Positions 1-12,897 of a stretch of 64,000 nt of DNA are shown one piece after another. How positions within the stretch are numbered: position 1 is the stretch's first letter; every line of letters starts with the position of its first letter. The stretch covers positions 109,244,001 to 109,308,000 of the forward strand of contig NC_043001.1 in NCBI RefSeq assembly GCF_006345805.1, written 5' to 3'. The notes below the pieces were generated by a model. It saw only the letters and a program-made list of their open reading frames with translations. It did no database searches and was not told the origin of the DNA. The stretch comes from Octopus sinensis (taxonomy: Eukaryota). The translations under genes and the position numbers were made by a program.

Positions 1-1065
1 CAAATGATTATGAAGACTGCGGAACAAATGACAAAGAGATGAGGCAATGTCCGGTGAATATTGTGGGTGGGGCATCGTTTCCCATTGGAAAGCACCAGCC
101 ATTGGAATGTCATCCTTGCTGTATGTGGCCAAGCATTATCCTGATGGAAGAATACCTTTCGTCTTGAAACCAAAGATGGTCGTTTTTCTTCTAGCTCTGA
201 CTTAAGCTGCTCAAACTGCTCGCATGAGATCTCCTTTGTTATCGTTTGGTTTAGGTTTTAAAGTTCAAAGTAGACTAAATCTTTCATATCCCACCAAACA
301 GATAATAACAATTTACGTGGGTGAAGACCATCTTTAGCCTGGGTTGCCAGTGTTTCTCCTTTACTTACCCGCTGGTTTCAGTGCTTGACATTTTGTATAG
401 AGAACCTATTTCTCGTCACCAGACACTATTCGATCCCCAAAATGTTCATTCGTGAGACAAGGCAACAAAGAACACAATTTCACACTCTGTGTGCAATTAG
501 ACTGGGAAAGTTTGTGAAGAATCCATTGACGCAATTTGCTGACTTTTCCGATGGCACCCGGGTGTCGATAAATGGCTGAAAGACCGAATCCAAGCTTCTC
601 TGCTAGTTTCTCAACAGTTACGACGAGATTTTGTCCCGCCAGGGTTTGCAGGATGTCCTCGTCGAGTTCTATAGATCTTCTAGGACGATGCTCGTCTTTT
701 AGGCTATAGTTTCCGGCTCGGAATTTCTGGAACCACCGTTAACATTGGCTTACACTTATTGTCATATCCCCATATACTACATTAATATTCCTTGCACTTT
801 CCGTTGCATTATTGCATTTTTATAACTCATAAAGCAATATATACCGAATATGCTCCTGAATTACTTCTATTGCAGCTTTGAAAAAATATCTGCTAAAATC
901 GAACTGCACTCTTTAAAACTTGCACTAAGAATAAATACAAAGTAAAATTACTACCTGCTTTTATAGCAAATTGATGCAGGTATTTTGTCCCCTCCCGCTC
1001 CGACTTTTACCTTTAGTTAGTGCATGAAAAAAAAAAAAAAACCGTATTATTTTGGGATGACCTTA
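1..1065 (-). mobile_element. Mariner-type DNA transposon, decayed transposase, cut by the window edge
   Basis: Hand translation of the minus strand gives WFQKFRAGNYSLKDEHRP, RQWILHKL (WVPHEL-like), SGDEK*VL, FHQDNAWPH and HPQYSPDIASSLCHLFRSL, with stops and frameshifts. A terminal sequence TAAGGTCATCCCAAAATAATACGG at ~1042-1065 abuts a (TA)n tract. Confidence 0.9.
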
Positions 1066-1078
1066 TATATATATATAG

Positions 1079-1110
<32 letters not shown>

Positions 1111-1489
1111 CTATATATTATACATGTGTGTGTAAGCAAATATGTATATGTATATAAATATATGCATTACCCATTTCAACGTTTTTGAGTATAGTCCATT
1201 ACATATTAATATCTATTTTGATGTGGTGTATTAATTATTTTTCCGTTTGTTTTGTTACATATTGAGCGTACGAACACTGACAAAGCTTGAGATAAATAAG
1301 GAGCTACATGGTAAGCACTCAGGCATTATAAAGAGTTGAACTTCATGTGGCTTTGTTATGAGTCCCCGGCGCAAAATATCTTACAGGGGCTGAAACTGAG
1401 TAGGGGAAAAGAATATCTAAGATTATTCTAAGTAAAAGCTGTTAGCTTCAATTAAGTGATTGTATAAATTTGCAGTATTTCTTTGGATA

Positions 1490-2050
1490 CTCTTCAGAGT
1501 GGCGACAACTGGTCAAGAAATGTGATCTGGCATTTAGTAGTCCATTCATTGTTGTAACATTCTTGAGGACGACAAAAGATTTAGATATATACGCTCCCAA
1601 TTTTCTGCACCACTTCTAAATTTTCTGCTCTATTGAGAATATTTCACTTTCATAGCCAATGTTGTAGCCTGTAATTTCAATAACAAGACATATTCAAACT
1701 CTTTATTTTGATGTGGCGTGAAAGAAAGAAAGTTGTAAATATAGTCGAGCTAACGGTTCCTCATGAAGATAATATGGACGCCGCTCGGGCTCGAAAATTG
1801 AACCGTTATGTTAACCTCCTCGAGGAATGTGAAGACGCATGAGCGATGGCTAGAAGGATATTGAGTTTAACTTTATAACCAGCTGATCTAGCAAGCGGGG
1901 TCTCATATCAGTGAGGGGGGGGGAGGCGGTGCGCATTGATGCTGTCGAGAGGTAGGCCCCAAAACGGCGCGCATTCTCTCCCGATGACCCTATACACTTG
2001 CTGGATTCCGGTATACGGAGCTTTTGACTGGTAGCACTTGCATGTGCAAG
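1490..2050 (+). mobile_element. 3' fragment of an RLE (HERO/NeSL-like) non-LTR retrotransposon
   Basis: 1741-1842 translates to IVELTVPHEDNMDAARARKLNRYVNLLEECEDA*, matching the ELTVPxE...KxxKY signature of restriction-like endonuclease domains. A GC-richer 3'UTR-like stretch follows. Boundaries are approximate. Confidence 0.7.
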
Positions 2051-2340
2051 TTGTTTGCAAGACATGTAATGATTTATCTTGAACTTGTAACAAATATCAT
2101 GTAGTTTACCTTTTGAGTTTCACCCTATACAATGATGCCTGGTCAGTTTGTATCGTTGATAAGTGATTGAGCGTTGAATAATGAGAGACGCCTGCATATT
2201 TCTGTTTATGCGGGTAAACGCAGTTACTACAGATGTTTTGCGTCTGTATGAAGTTTCTTTGTGTTTTAATAACGGAATAAATTTGTTTTAAAGTTTACTT
2301 GTATTAAGTAAATTTCGGTTAATAAAGAATTCTTTTATTC

Positions 2341-2530
2341 TTTTATTTGTTTCAGTCATTTGACTGTGGCTATGCTGGAGCACCGCCTTTAGTCGAGCAA
2401 ATCGACCCCAGGACTTATTGTTTGTAAACCTAGTAGTAATTATTCTATCGGTCGCTCTTGCCGAACCGCTAAGTGAAGAGGACGTAAACACACTAGCATC
2501 GGTTGTCAAGCGATTTGGACAAACACAGAC
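2341..2530 (-). mobile_element. SINE 3' module (family C in this report)
   Basis: Reverse complement of the module at 6985-7150 (GGGGTCGATTTGCTCGACTAAAGGCGGTGCTCCAGCAT...CAGTCAAATGACTGAAAC); further copies at 26395, 33520, 40460, 51890. Confidence 0.8.
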
Positions 2531-2558
2531 ACACAAACATATACACACACATATGTAT

Positions 2559-2594
<36 letters not shown>

Positions 2595-2661
2595 GTAAAA
2601 CGGTAAGATAACAAAAGAAAGAGACCTCAATATAATGTAAATAGAGGAAAATTATTTATAC

Positions 2662-2840
2662 AATAATACGTTACATTACTCAATAGTCAAGATAAAACTC
2701 TGAGTTTCAGATGCCGAAGGGGAATCCACGACATCTCTTCGGTTATCAGCCAGATAACCGAAGAGATGTCGTGGATTCCCACTTCGGCATCTGAAACTCA
2801 GAGTTTTATCTTGACTAGTGACTAATGTTACATATTATTG
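2662..2840. repeat. Fold-back (palindromic) element, copy 1
   Basis: Arms 2684-2747 and 2753-2817 are near-perfect reverse complements around a 5-nt loop (AGCCA); weaker pairing extends outward. Same family as 10879-11056. Confidence 0.9.
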
Positions 2841-2883
2841 TTATATATATATATATATTATATATATATTATATATATATACC

Positions 2884-3047
2884 ACGACGGGCTTCTTTCA
2901 GTTTCCGTCAACCAAATCCACTCACAAGGCTTTTGTCGGCTCGTGGCTATAGAAGAAGACACTTTCCTAAAGTGCCACGCAGGGGGACTGAACCCGGAAC
3001 CATGTGGTTGGTAAGCAAGCTACTTACCAAACAGCCACTCCTACGCC
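2884..3047 (-). mobile_element. tRNA-derived SINE (family A head)
   Basis: Minus strand GGCGTAGGAGTGGCTGTTTGGTAAGTAGC...GGTTCAGTCCC (A/B-box-like), ending GGAAACTGAAAGAAGCCCGTCGT; at least seven related copies in the window. Confidence 0.85.
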
Positions 3048-3377
3048 TATGTTTATACTTTCCTTTAATTAAATTAGAAAGTTTTTAACAATATTAGACT
3101 TAACATTTGCCAAGAATGTAATTATGAAACAGATAATAATACTGCAGATTTATTTACTGTTAGATAAACGAAGTGTTATGTAAATGTATATCCTCATTCT
3201 TTAATCTGCTATCAGTTAGAGTTTTATTGTGTAATAAAGCAAGCTGCATAGCTTCATACACACACATAAACAGAAAATGTGATCACAGACACACACGCGC
3301 ACACACGAATTCACATACATATGCTTGGTGCATAGAGTATACACGTCCATGATAGCTTCATACACCCATGCGCCTTT

Positions 3378-3417
<40 letters not shown>

Positions 3418-4365
3418 CTGATAGCTTCATACACGCAAACATCAGATAGGTTCAGATTGATGCACACGGCTCTACATACGTATACACAAGCATAAACATG
3501 CGACGTATATACATATAAATTGTTTCATACAAACACTCGTACTTGTTCTTACACACATGCACATACACTCGCGCACGCCCACTCACAAGTAAACACACAC
3601 AATTGCTCCATACCCACCTACTGGCAAACAAACATGCATATACACACTCACGAACGCCTGTACACACACACATACACACACACACATCACCACCCACACC
3701 TCAAGCCATGTTCCTCTTCCAGTTCTTTCAGTATGTGGTTACCGTCTAAATGAGATAGGTTTTTGTTTTCCATTCCTCTCTTCTTCTCTCATCTTTTCTT
3801 TCTGTAGAAGAACATAGGTTCGAAACGTTAAATACCTCTACCAATTTTCCTCAGCGTCAACTTTATACACTATATGTATTCTTTTACCTCATCTCGAATT
3901 TCTTGTCTTTGTACTATGTATATATATATATATCAAACTAAAGTTATAGAACAAACAAATGCAGGTCATCCCAATAAACATTTCATAACTCGAACATTTA
4001 ACCATAGAATATACATTTAGCATCACGGAAGATGGAATATAATTCATCTTACAACATATAAAAAGTGCGAGAAAAAATGTTTGAATAATGTGAATACAGT
4101 TCATCACGGTTAAAAGTTAATACTTTAGCGATTAAGAAAAAACCATTACAAACACTTAGAAGGTAACACGTAAAATATAGTATAAAGTAATATATAAATA
4201 TATAGGTATATAAAAATATATAAATATATAATATAGGAAGCAAATAAAAATATATAATATATAATGTAAATAAAATAAATGTTCATCGTTTAGAAAATCT
4301 TATAAAATTACTTATCGAATAAGAGAGGCCTTATAGTTAAAAAAGAGGAAACCATATTTACTAAA

Positions 4366-4447
4366 TTCCCTATGGCCATTTCGGGGGTATATTATTGTGT
4401 TTAAAGCACTAGGGTGCATCACGCTAATAACTCCTTCGTCAGGAGAA
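4366..4447 (-). ncRNA. Minimal type I hammerhead ribozyme motif in the PLE 3' region
   Basis: Minus strand: TTCTC-CTGACGA-A-GG..(long loop)..CC-GAAA-TGGCCAT-A-GGGAA. Stem I is 5 bp with one G.U; stem III is the palindrome ATGGCCAT; predicted cleavage after AUA (between 4371 and 4370). Confidence 0.75.
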
Positions 4448-4627
4448 AAAATAGAGAGACAGACATCATCGCGTAGCAAGCTTAACACAATATTGTATGT
4501 TTTCTTATTGAAGCAGTCATGCTCAGACGAGCCCAGAAGAAAGAATTAAAGCAGTAAAAAAATTTATTTTATATAAAGCAGTAGAAAAATAAAGCAGTAA
4601 AAAAAATAAAAAAAATAAAATGGGTGT

Positions 4628-4665
4628 ATTAAATTAAATTAAATTAAATTAAATTAAATTAAATT
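4628..4665. repeat. (TAAAT)n pentanucleotide tract inside the PLE 3' region
   Basis: Direct reading of attaaattaaattaaatt... Confidence 0.9.
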
Positions 4666-6675
4666 GAACCTCCGTGGTTTCAAACCCTATAAGATCTAAA
4701 CTATTTATTTTCTACGACTTATTTTATTTCTATACATCTTCAAAAATGTAGAAGAAAATTTATGGATGCAAAAGGGAATCACATCAGTAAATTTATTCAA
4801 AATGTGCGGTCCATAACACCTAAGGATGGTAAGGGATTCCCTTATGCACAGATTACACCTGTTAATATTTCCCTTGAAATTTGGGGTTTTAGAGATAATG
4901 GACCATTCTAGATAATAATTCTTATTATTTTTCTTTAAATTGTGTATATGGGATGCAAGTGTTGTAGAATTACAGTATTTATTGATAGAAAAAGAGCTCA
5001 TATGTGATCTATATCTAGCCTTAAAATCTACTGTGCTACCTGTATAAAATTTATTTAACCTATCCTCGTCCTTGACTACACATTTATATATAACGTTAGT
5101 AACTAGACAGGAACCATCTAAAGGGCATAATTCGGGGTTTCTACAATTACATTTCTTTCCGGGGCCTTTCCTAGTTTTATTTCTATTGTTATCTTTACAT
5201 TTTGTGTCTCCAGTTCTAGGACAAGTTTCCCTCTTTCATTCCATCAAATCTTCCCTTATTACATGGGTTCGATAGATCCGGTAAAGGCAGACTGGTTGTA
5301 GCATTGGCATTAGGCGTTACAAAATTATTATACGCAGTTTCTTGGTCATCCTCAAAAGAACTTTTCCAGCTATTCCGCCCAGAAAGCTTGCTTCTATTGA
5401 TTGATGCAATAATCGAAGCAAAGTTAGGCATTACAGAGTAAGAGAACTTAATTGCTGATTTGTTGCAAATGCTATAGTATTTATGATTCTTTTGGAAGTT
5501 CTCCTTCAGAATTCTAAAAAACATTTTTGGTAAGTTCTTTACTCTAAGGGAGAAAGGGGGAGCGAACCAAACAACTTCCCTTATTCTAGATCGTGAATCT
5601 CCTGTTTTGTTTAACTCCTTGTCAAAATTATTAATTTTCTTATACCTGTACCTATTGCGAGTATCCCTAAACACATTACTACCCAAGGGCCTCCTATTAT
5701 TGCAGTTGGGGGGTTCACTGCATGTATTCATAGTATTTGTGACGTGCTTAAATGGCAAACCAGCCATTTTGTTTTTGAGTCTAGTATTAAGGATATAAAA
5801 TATTTTAGATTTGAAACCACTTAATCTTAGGGCATTATTATACACCGGTGCATGCTGTTCAAAATATTTTCATTCGCAGATAAGTTAGATATTCTAGTTG
5901 AAATCGCCGTAACGATGCTGTCTATTGTGGATTTTGGGTGATTGGATGATACATTAATATATGATATGGATTTATTAGGCTTACGAAAGGGATAATAGAG
6001 ACCGGTATTTAGACACAAGGTAACATCCAAAAAGTTTACCACCCTAGAATTAATGTTGAAGATAATGTCAAGATTAAAAAAGTCCCTCAAGAAGCTTCTC
6101 AGCGATTTCTTTAATATGTTTAATTCCGTCTTCGAGAGGCCCAGCACGGCAAAAAGGCATCATCTTATTCGATAAGTAATTTTATAAGATTTTTTGAACG
6201 ATGAACCTTTATTTTATTTTACATTATATATTATATATTTTTATTTGCTTCCTATATTTATATATTTTTATATATTTTTATATACCTATATATTTATATA
6301 TTACTTTATACTATATTTTTACGTTTTACCTTCTAGGTGTTGTAATGGTTTAAAAAAATTTTTTTTTTCTTAATCGCTAAAGTATTAACTTTTAACCGTG
6401 ATGAACTGTATTCACATATATTCAAACATTTTTTCTCGCACTTTCTTATATGCTTGTACAGATGAATTATATTCCATCTTCCGTGATGTCTAAATGTATA
6501 TTCTATGATTAAATGTTCGAGTTATGAAATGTTATTGGATGACCTTGCATTTGTTTGTTCTATAACTTTAGTTTGATATATTTGTCTCATTCAATTGAGC
6601 ACTTCTATAGCAGTCCTATTCAAACATTTTGTTCCTAATAAGAAACCAATACACTGTATTATTGATATATATATT

Positions 6676-6834
<159 letters not shown>

Positions 6835-6835
6835 C

Positions 6836-6930
6836 TACATGGTTGTGGGTTCATTCCCACTGCGTGGCATTCTTCCGCAAGTGTCTTCTAGTATAGTTTC
6901 GGGCCGAAGTGGATACTGAAAGAAACCGCG

Positions 6931-6974
<44 letters not shown>

Positions 6975-7150
6975 CGCGTATATGTTTGCGTGTCGTGTTT
7001 GTCTCCCAACATCGCTTGATAACCGATAGCAAAAGAGACCGATAAAATAAGTACTAGGCCTCCAAAGAATAAGTCCTGGGATCGATTTGCTCGACTATAT
7101 GGCGATGCTTCAGCATTGGAAGCAGTCAAATGACTGAAACATGTAAAAGA
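6836..7150 (+). mobile_element. Composite SINE: family A head, (TA)n(TG)n spacer, family C tail
   Basis: GGTTGTGGGTTCATTCCCACTGCGTGGCA..ACTGAAAGAAACCGCG, then a microsatellite, then CCCAACATCGCTTGATAACCGAT..CAGTCAAATGACTGAAAC. Confidence 0.8.
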
Positions 7151-7176
7151 GTATATATGTACACATACACACACAT

Positions 7177-7211
<35 letters not shown>

Positions 7212-7226
7212 AATACGCACACATGT

Positions 7227-7257
<31 letters not shown>

Positions 7258-8349
7258 AATACGCACACACGTTCACACACACAAATACACACAGATGTAT
7301 CGTATATAATGTATATATATCTAGGTAGACGATGAGTAGATACTTTAAAAGAGAAGGGTATAATTCTAAAATATCGCATTGTATAAAATTGGATTTATTC
7401 ATACTCTCCGAGTTATTAAACTAGATAATGATGTTCCTACTGTTATTCCATTGCTAGAGAATAGTTACTTTCTTAATCTTATCGTCAATATTATTTTCTA
7501 ATTAATATGATTATGAATTTTTTTCAGGATCGCTTTCTTACATTTAGCATTATCGGGTACTAATCTAGTATTCCAGATATGAAACTTCGAGTTTTGAAAT
7601 ATTGTCTTGTATATCGTATGCATTATATTGTGTATATAAAACAAGAATATTTGTTCGTGTAAAAATTTATCATATGATTCAATTTCATTGTGATATTTTA
7701 TATATGCTTACACACATTTAAGTGTGTATGCATGTATATGAATATGCATACATATTCATATATAGTGTCACATACGCGTATGAGTATACAAGCATAGAAG
7801 TATACAAGAATATGCATGTTTGTATATTGAGTATAAACAGTACGTACACAATCATATTGTGATATAAACTGAATGACAAGAGGAAATATATCAGTATACA
7901 AGAATTAAAATAAATACTTCTATTCTGTGGGGAATATAATAATGTTTGCGATAAGAATTATATTTCGTAAATATAATGGGAACATTTTCTTCAGCAAAAG
8001 ATTCAAATTTCATGGCGACAACAGATAAATATTAAAAATTGAGTAAACGTAATGACACGTGCAAAGTAACTCATATTACGTAAATGATACAAATATAACC
8101 TCTATATATTTTTCCATTTTTATGGATCCGTGTATTTGGAGGAATTGATTTCATGAAAAAGATGTATACGCATCTCGGCTGTTGTTGGTAGCTATCACAT
8201 GGATTGGCATTTGTGTGGTTGGCGCCACATGTTTTAGAAGCGCATGGATCTAAGATTGTTACTTGACACCTTGAGGCAACTCAAATACCATTTGGTGAAT
8301 TTTATTTCAATCGGAACCTTAAAAGCTAAATCTTCATGAATCTTCATAA

Positions 8350-8443
8350 GCGTAGGAGTGGCTGTATGGTAAGTAGCTTGCTTACCAACCACACGGTTCT
8401 GGGTTCATTCCCACTGCGTAGCACCTCCGGCAAGTGTCTTCTA
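8350..8443 (+). mobile_element. Family A SINE, 5' part
   Basis: GCGTAGGAGTGGCTGTATGGTAAGTAGCTTGCTTACCAACCAC..GGGTTCATTCCC, same as 2884-3047. Confidence 0.8.
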
Positions 8444-8467
8444 TATATATACACATACATACATACA

Positions 8468-8938
<471 letters not shown>

Positions 8939-9558
8939 TATATAAATATATATATATATATACGCATTTCTGCCAGCTCGCCGCCTTGTATGTAGAGGCA
9001 TGCATTTATACACCTGATGCACATCCATATATCGTCTTGCATCCACACCAACATAGGTTTGCACACACTCATGTACGTGTGTACGCATGCGTGCAGGCCA
9101 TTTATACTCAATTAGATGTAACTCTATGTAACTATATATTCAAACGCATTCCAGAATAATATTTTATGCTAAGTGCTGATGAAGCTGACACTCGCCTGCT
9201 GTTGCAGAATTTCTCATAATGCCAACAGGCAACATCTGATGAATGCGATTATGAAATTTCTGTTAGTTTGTCATGCATTCAACAATCAATATCAAGGTCT
9301 GTATTGATGCCCCTAGTGTAAATAGGGGTCTGTTAATAATAAATGTAAAATACCACTTCGCCAAAGCGAAGGGGCACTGTGCGACTAGTTATATAGTCTG
9401 CAATATTTAATCAGAATATATGCGTATATATATATATATATAATATATATATAATACACATACATACATATATATATGTATAAAAGAATGAATTTTATTT
9501 TTATATACGTATGTTCTCATCTTATGTCTCTCGGGTTGTGTTAAAGAAACTTATTTCC

Positions 9559-9618
<60 letters not shown>
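9559..9618. repeat. (TAA)n microsatellite
   Basis: Perfect trinucleotide tract of about 20 units. Confidence 0.95.
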
Positions 9619-9622
<4 letters not shown>

Positions 9623-10247
9623 GTAGTAATAATGGTTGAAAATAAGGATGTATATATATTACATGGTTTCACTTAGTATCGTTCACCTAATAATCAATAC
9701 TGCGTTTGTGTTGGCATAATTTCCATTTTGGAATCATATAAGTAGAAATAGTAGATAAATAATTATAAGGAATTTCATATTCAATACTTTATACCACTTC
9801 ATGAATTTCGATCAATAATTACATTAAAAAGTATCAAATGTCATATTAAAAAACCCAATTAAACTAGGAGAGGAAAAAGCTGCCGATAGCTGCAATGAAA
9901 TTTAAGGCAAACTTGTATAGCGACAGGCAAAGATTTTTTCAATGAAGTTATACAAGGAATATAGTAAATGTTACTAATGGAAAGGATTTTTTCAATAAAA
10001 TAGTATTTAATTTTTATGTATGCTTAATCTATAATTTCATATTTACTTCTTTATGGCTCTGTTATCCATAGCTACGTCGATTTGTCTGCGTTTCTTTCTC
10101 TAACTTTTGTAGACATATTCATTACATGACACAATGATAGACATAATGTCTACAGTTAGATGTAGGTCACAATAATATATTGCAAAATGTATTTAAATAT
10201 CTACGTGCGTATATATATATATCTATATCTATCTATATATATATAGA

Positions 10248-10321
<74 letters not shown>

Positions 10322-10346
10322 TCTATATATATGTATGTACGTATAT

Positions 10347-10503
10347 AGGAGTGGATGTGTGGTAATAAGATTGCTTCCCAATCACATGAGTCCGGGTTCA
10401 GTCCCATTGCGTGACACTTTGGACAGGTGTCTTCTACTATACACTCGGGACGACCAAAGCCTTGTGAGTGGAGTTGGTAGGCGGAAACTGAACGAAGTCC
10501 CTT
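10347..10503 (+). mobile_element. Family A SINE
   Basis: Full head-to-tail similarity with 2884-3047. Confidence 0.85.
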
Positions 10504-10878
10504 GTATATATATATAGTGTATATATATGTATGTTGTGCATGGTGGTGTGTGTATGTATTTCTGTAAGTGTGCCTGTGTGTGTAGAAAGATAGAGAATAA
10601 GATATATATATATATATATGTGTGTATATAAATATGTGAGACTATGTAGTGTACGCATACTTATATATATTATATATATACATACATATATATAATATAT
10701 ATATATATATTATATATATATATATATATACATATTATACACAACACATATACATATATATACACGCATACACACACTTACATATCACTGCACATTTGCA
10801 ATGACATATGAACAGGGATATATGTACGTACACAGACACATATACATACATATAGATATATATATATATATATATATT

Positions 10879-11056
10879 AATATGTGACAATTATTCGGTA
10901 GCCAAGATAAAACTCTGAGTTTCGGATGCCGAGGTGGAAATCCACACCATCATCTCTTCAGTTATTCGGCCATAACTGAAGATGGTGGTGTGGATTTCCA
11001 CCTCGGCACCCGAAACTCAGGGTTTTGTTTTGGCTACCGAATAATCGTCACATATT
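10879..11056. repeat. Fold-back (palindromic) element, copy 2
   Basis: Arms 10879-10965 and 10972-11056 are reverse complements around a 6-nt loop (TCGGCC); shares AAGATAAAACTCTGAGTTTC.GATGCCGA with 2684-2817. Confidence 0.9.
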
Positions 11057-11130
11057 ATATTTACAGACAATTCCACTATTTACATAATATTGAGGTTTCT
11101 TTCTTTCTTTTTTTTATCTTACCGTTTTTG

Positions 11131-11210
<80 letters not shown>

Positions 11211-11306
11211 TTTACAAGATAAGGGCAGAAGAAAAAATTCTGATGCCAGATACGCCGAAACAAAAAATTGTCGATAACCATTAAATTTCTGCCCTTATCT
11301 TGTAAA
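11211..11306. repeat. Short element with a perfect 20-bp inverted repeat
   Basis: TTTACAAGATAAGGGCAGAA (11211-11230) and TTCTGCCCTTATCTTGTAAA (11287-11306); the interior resembles 17031-17110 and 18302-18380. Confidence 0.8.
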
Positions 11307-11411
11307 TTACGTATAAATTTTACCTTTAAAGGCATTTTTTGATATGCTGGCCATTGATAAAATCTTTCCCCCATAAAATTTTATCCTATATCATTATATA
11401 TATATATATAT

Positions 11412-11445
<34 letters not shown>

Positions 11446-12292
11446 ATATATATCTATATATATACATACATACATATATATATTTCTGTAATCATACCAT
11501 TTTCTCTCTCTGGCGGATTCTCACTATTACTGTCTGTCTTTCTCACTTATATAATGTACATGTGTGTGTGCGAGTAGGCGCATTTATATATATATATATA
11601 CACACAAGCACACCCGCACACCCACACACACATACACACGCACGCGCACAACACACATATATATATATAAGCACGAACCTGACATATTACTCTATGCTCT
11701 GTCATACATATATATTTTCGTTGTGATATATAAACTTAACACAGCAAGAACTTTAAATTGGTACCATTAAGCAGTAAAATTGTGATTCATCATAATATTC
11801 AATCAAACAGAATGATAAGAATTTTTCCTTTTAATAATGGAGTCTCATTAATAATCAGCGCAGATGTCAGAGGTTACAAACAATTCTTTTCAGCTGTTGT
11901 GCTGACTTGTCTTGGCACAAGAACAGTATTTATTACGATTTTCTGACTTAGATTTTCTTATTCCGTCTATGCGTAGACGTCGTCCGATTTAATGTGTTTA
12001 ATTAACGGTAGAACAGACATACAAATACATACACACGCAGTAATAAATTTACTTACGTATTATGTATAGATTCATGTATATCTTTAAGCATATATATGCA
12101 TATTTATATATATATATATATATATATACACAAATATATAAATATGTAAATAGATATTATACATATCAATATTTATATATATATTATATATATATATTAT
12201 ATATATATACATATACACACACACACACATAAAAGTATAATAGATGTATATATATATATATATATATGTATGCATATAGTGTATATATAATA

Positions 12293-12328
<36 letters not shown>

Positions 12329-12338
12329 CATATATGCG

Positions 12339-12470
12339 ATGAGTTCCATCAGTTTTCATCTACCAAATCCACTCACAAGGCTTTGGGAAGATTGTCCAAG
12401 TTGCTATGCTGCGGAACTGAGCCTGGAACAATGTGATTGGGAAGCAAGCTTCTTACCACTCAGCCACATC
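12339..12470 (-). mobile_element. Family A SINE, internally deleted
   Basis: CTACCAAATCCACTCACAAGGCTTT...GCAAGCTTCTTACCACTCAGCCAC is the reverse complement of family A. Confidence 0.75.
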
Positions 12471-12533
12471 CAAACCTGCACCTACAAAATATACATACAT
12501 ACATACATATGTATATATATATATATATACATG

Positions 12534-12594
<61 letters not shown>

Positions 12595-12855
12595 GTGTGT
12601 GTGTTGTGTGTGTGTGTGTGTATTACACACATACATACACACATACAAACATGTATGCATAGCCATATATTTATGAATGTACTATTTTTGTTAGTATAGA
12701 TGTTTAGGAATATAGTTACACGCGCACATATGCGTATATATTTATATATCTGTATATTTATATCTGTATATATACATACATATATATATATAAATATAAT
12801 ATTATATATATATATATATATTATATATATTTGTATGTGTGTGTGTGTATATATA

Positions 12856-12897
<42 letters not shown>

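Larger units (their letters stand above)
3929..6580 (-). mobile_element. Penelope-like retroelement (5'-truncated RT-GIY-YIG) with ~400-bp inverted terminal repeats
   Basis: ORF 5827-6147: VVNFLDVTL..PFRKPNKSISYINVSSNHP (PLE RT C-terminal part). ORF 5216-5845: VVWFAPPFS...KFSYSVMPN (linker). About 5000-5160: CNCRNPELCPLDGSCLVTNVIY and FYTGST (GIY-YIG). ORF 4705-5001: LEWSII..CNLCIRE..ILNK..CIH. 3929-4324 and 6163-6580 are inverted copies. The frame is broken by frameshifts. Confidence 0.92.

Noticed and set aside
1927-1975. Hammerhead in the HERO-like 3' UTR (GCGCA-TTGATGC..CCAAAAC-GG-CGCGC)
   Set aside because: Both core halves are mutated and stems II and III are not convincing.
9236-9265. 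CTGATGA...GAAA hammerhead candidate
   Set aside because: Only a 2-bp stem II and no supporting stems I and III.
9165-9300. EADTRLLL peptide resembling uncharacterised transposon-associated nuclease proteins
   Set aside because: Too short and interrupted by stops to support a call without a search.
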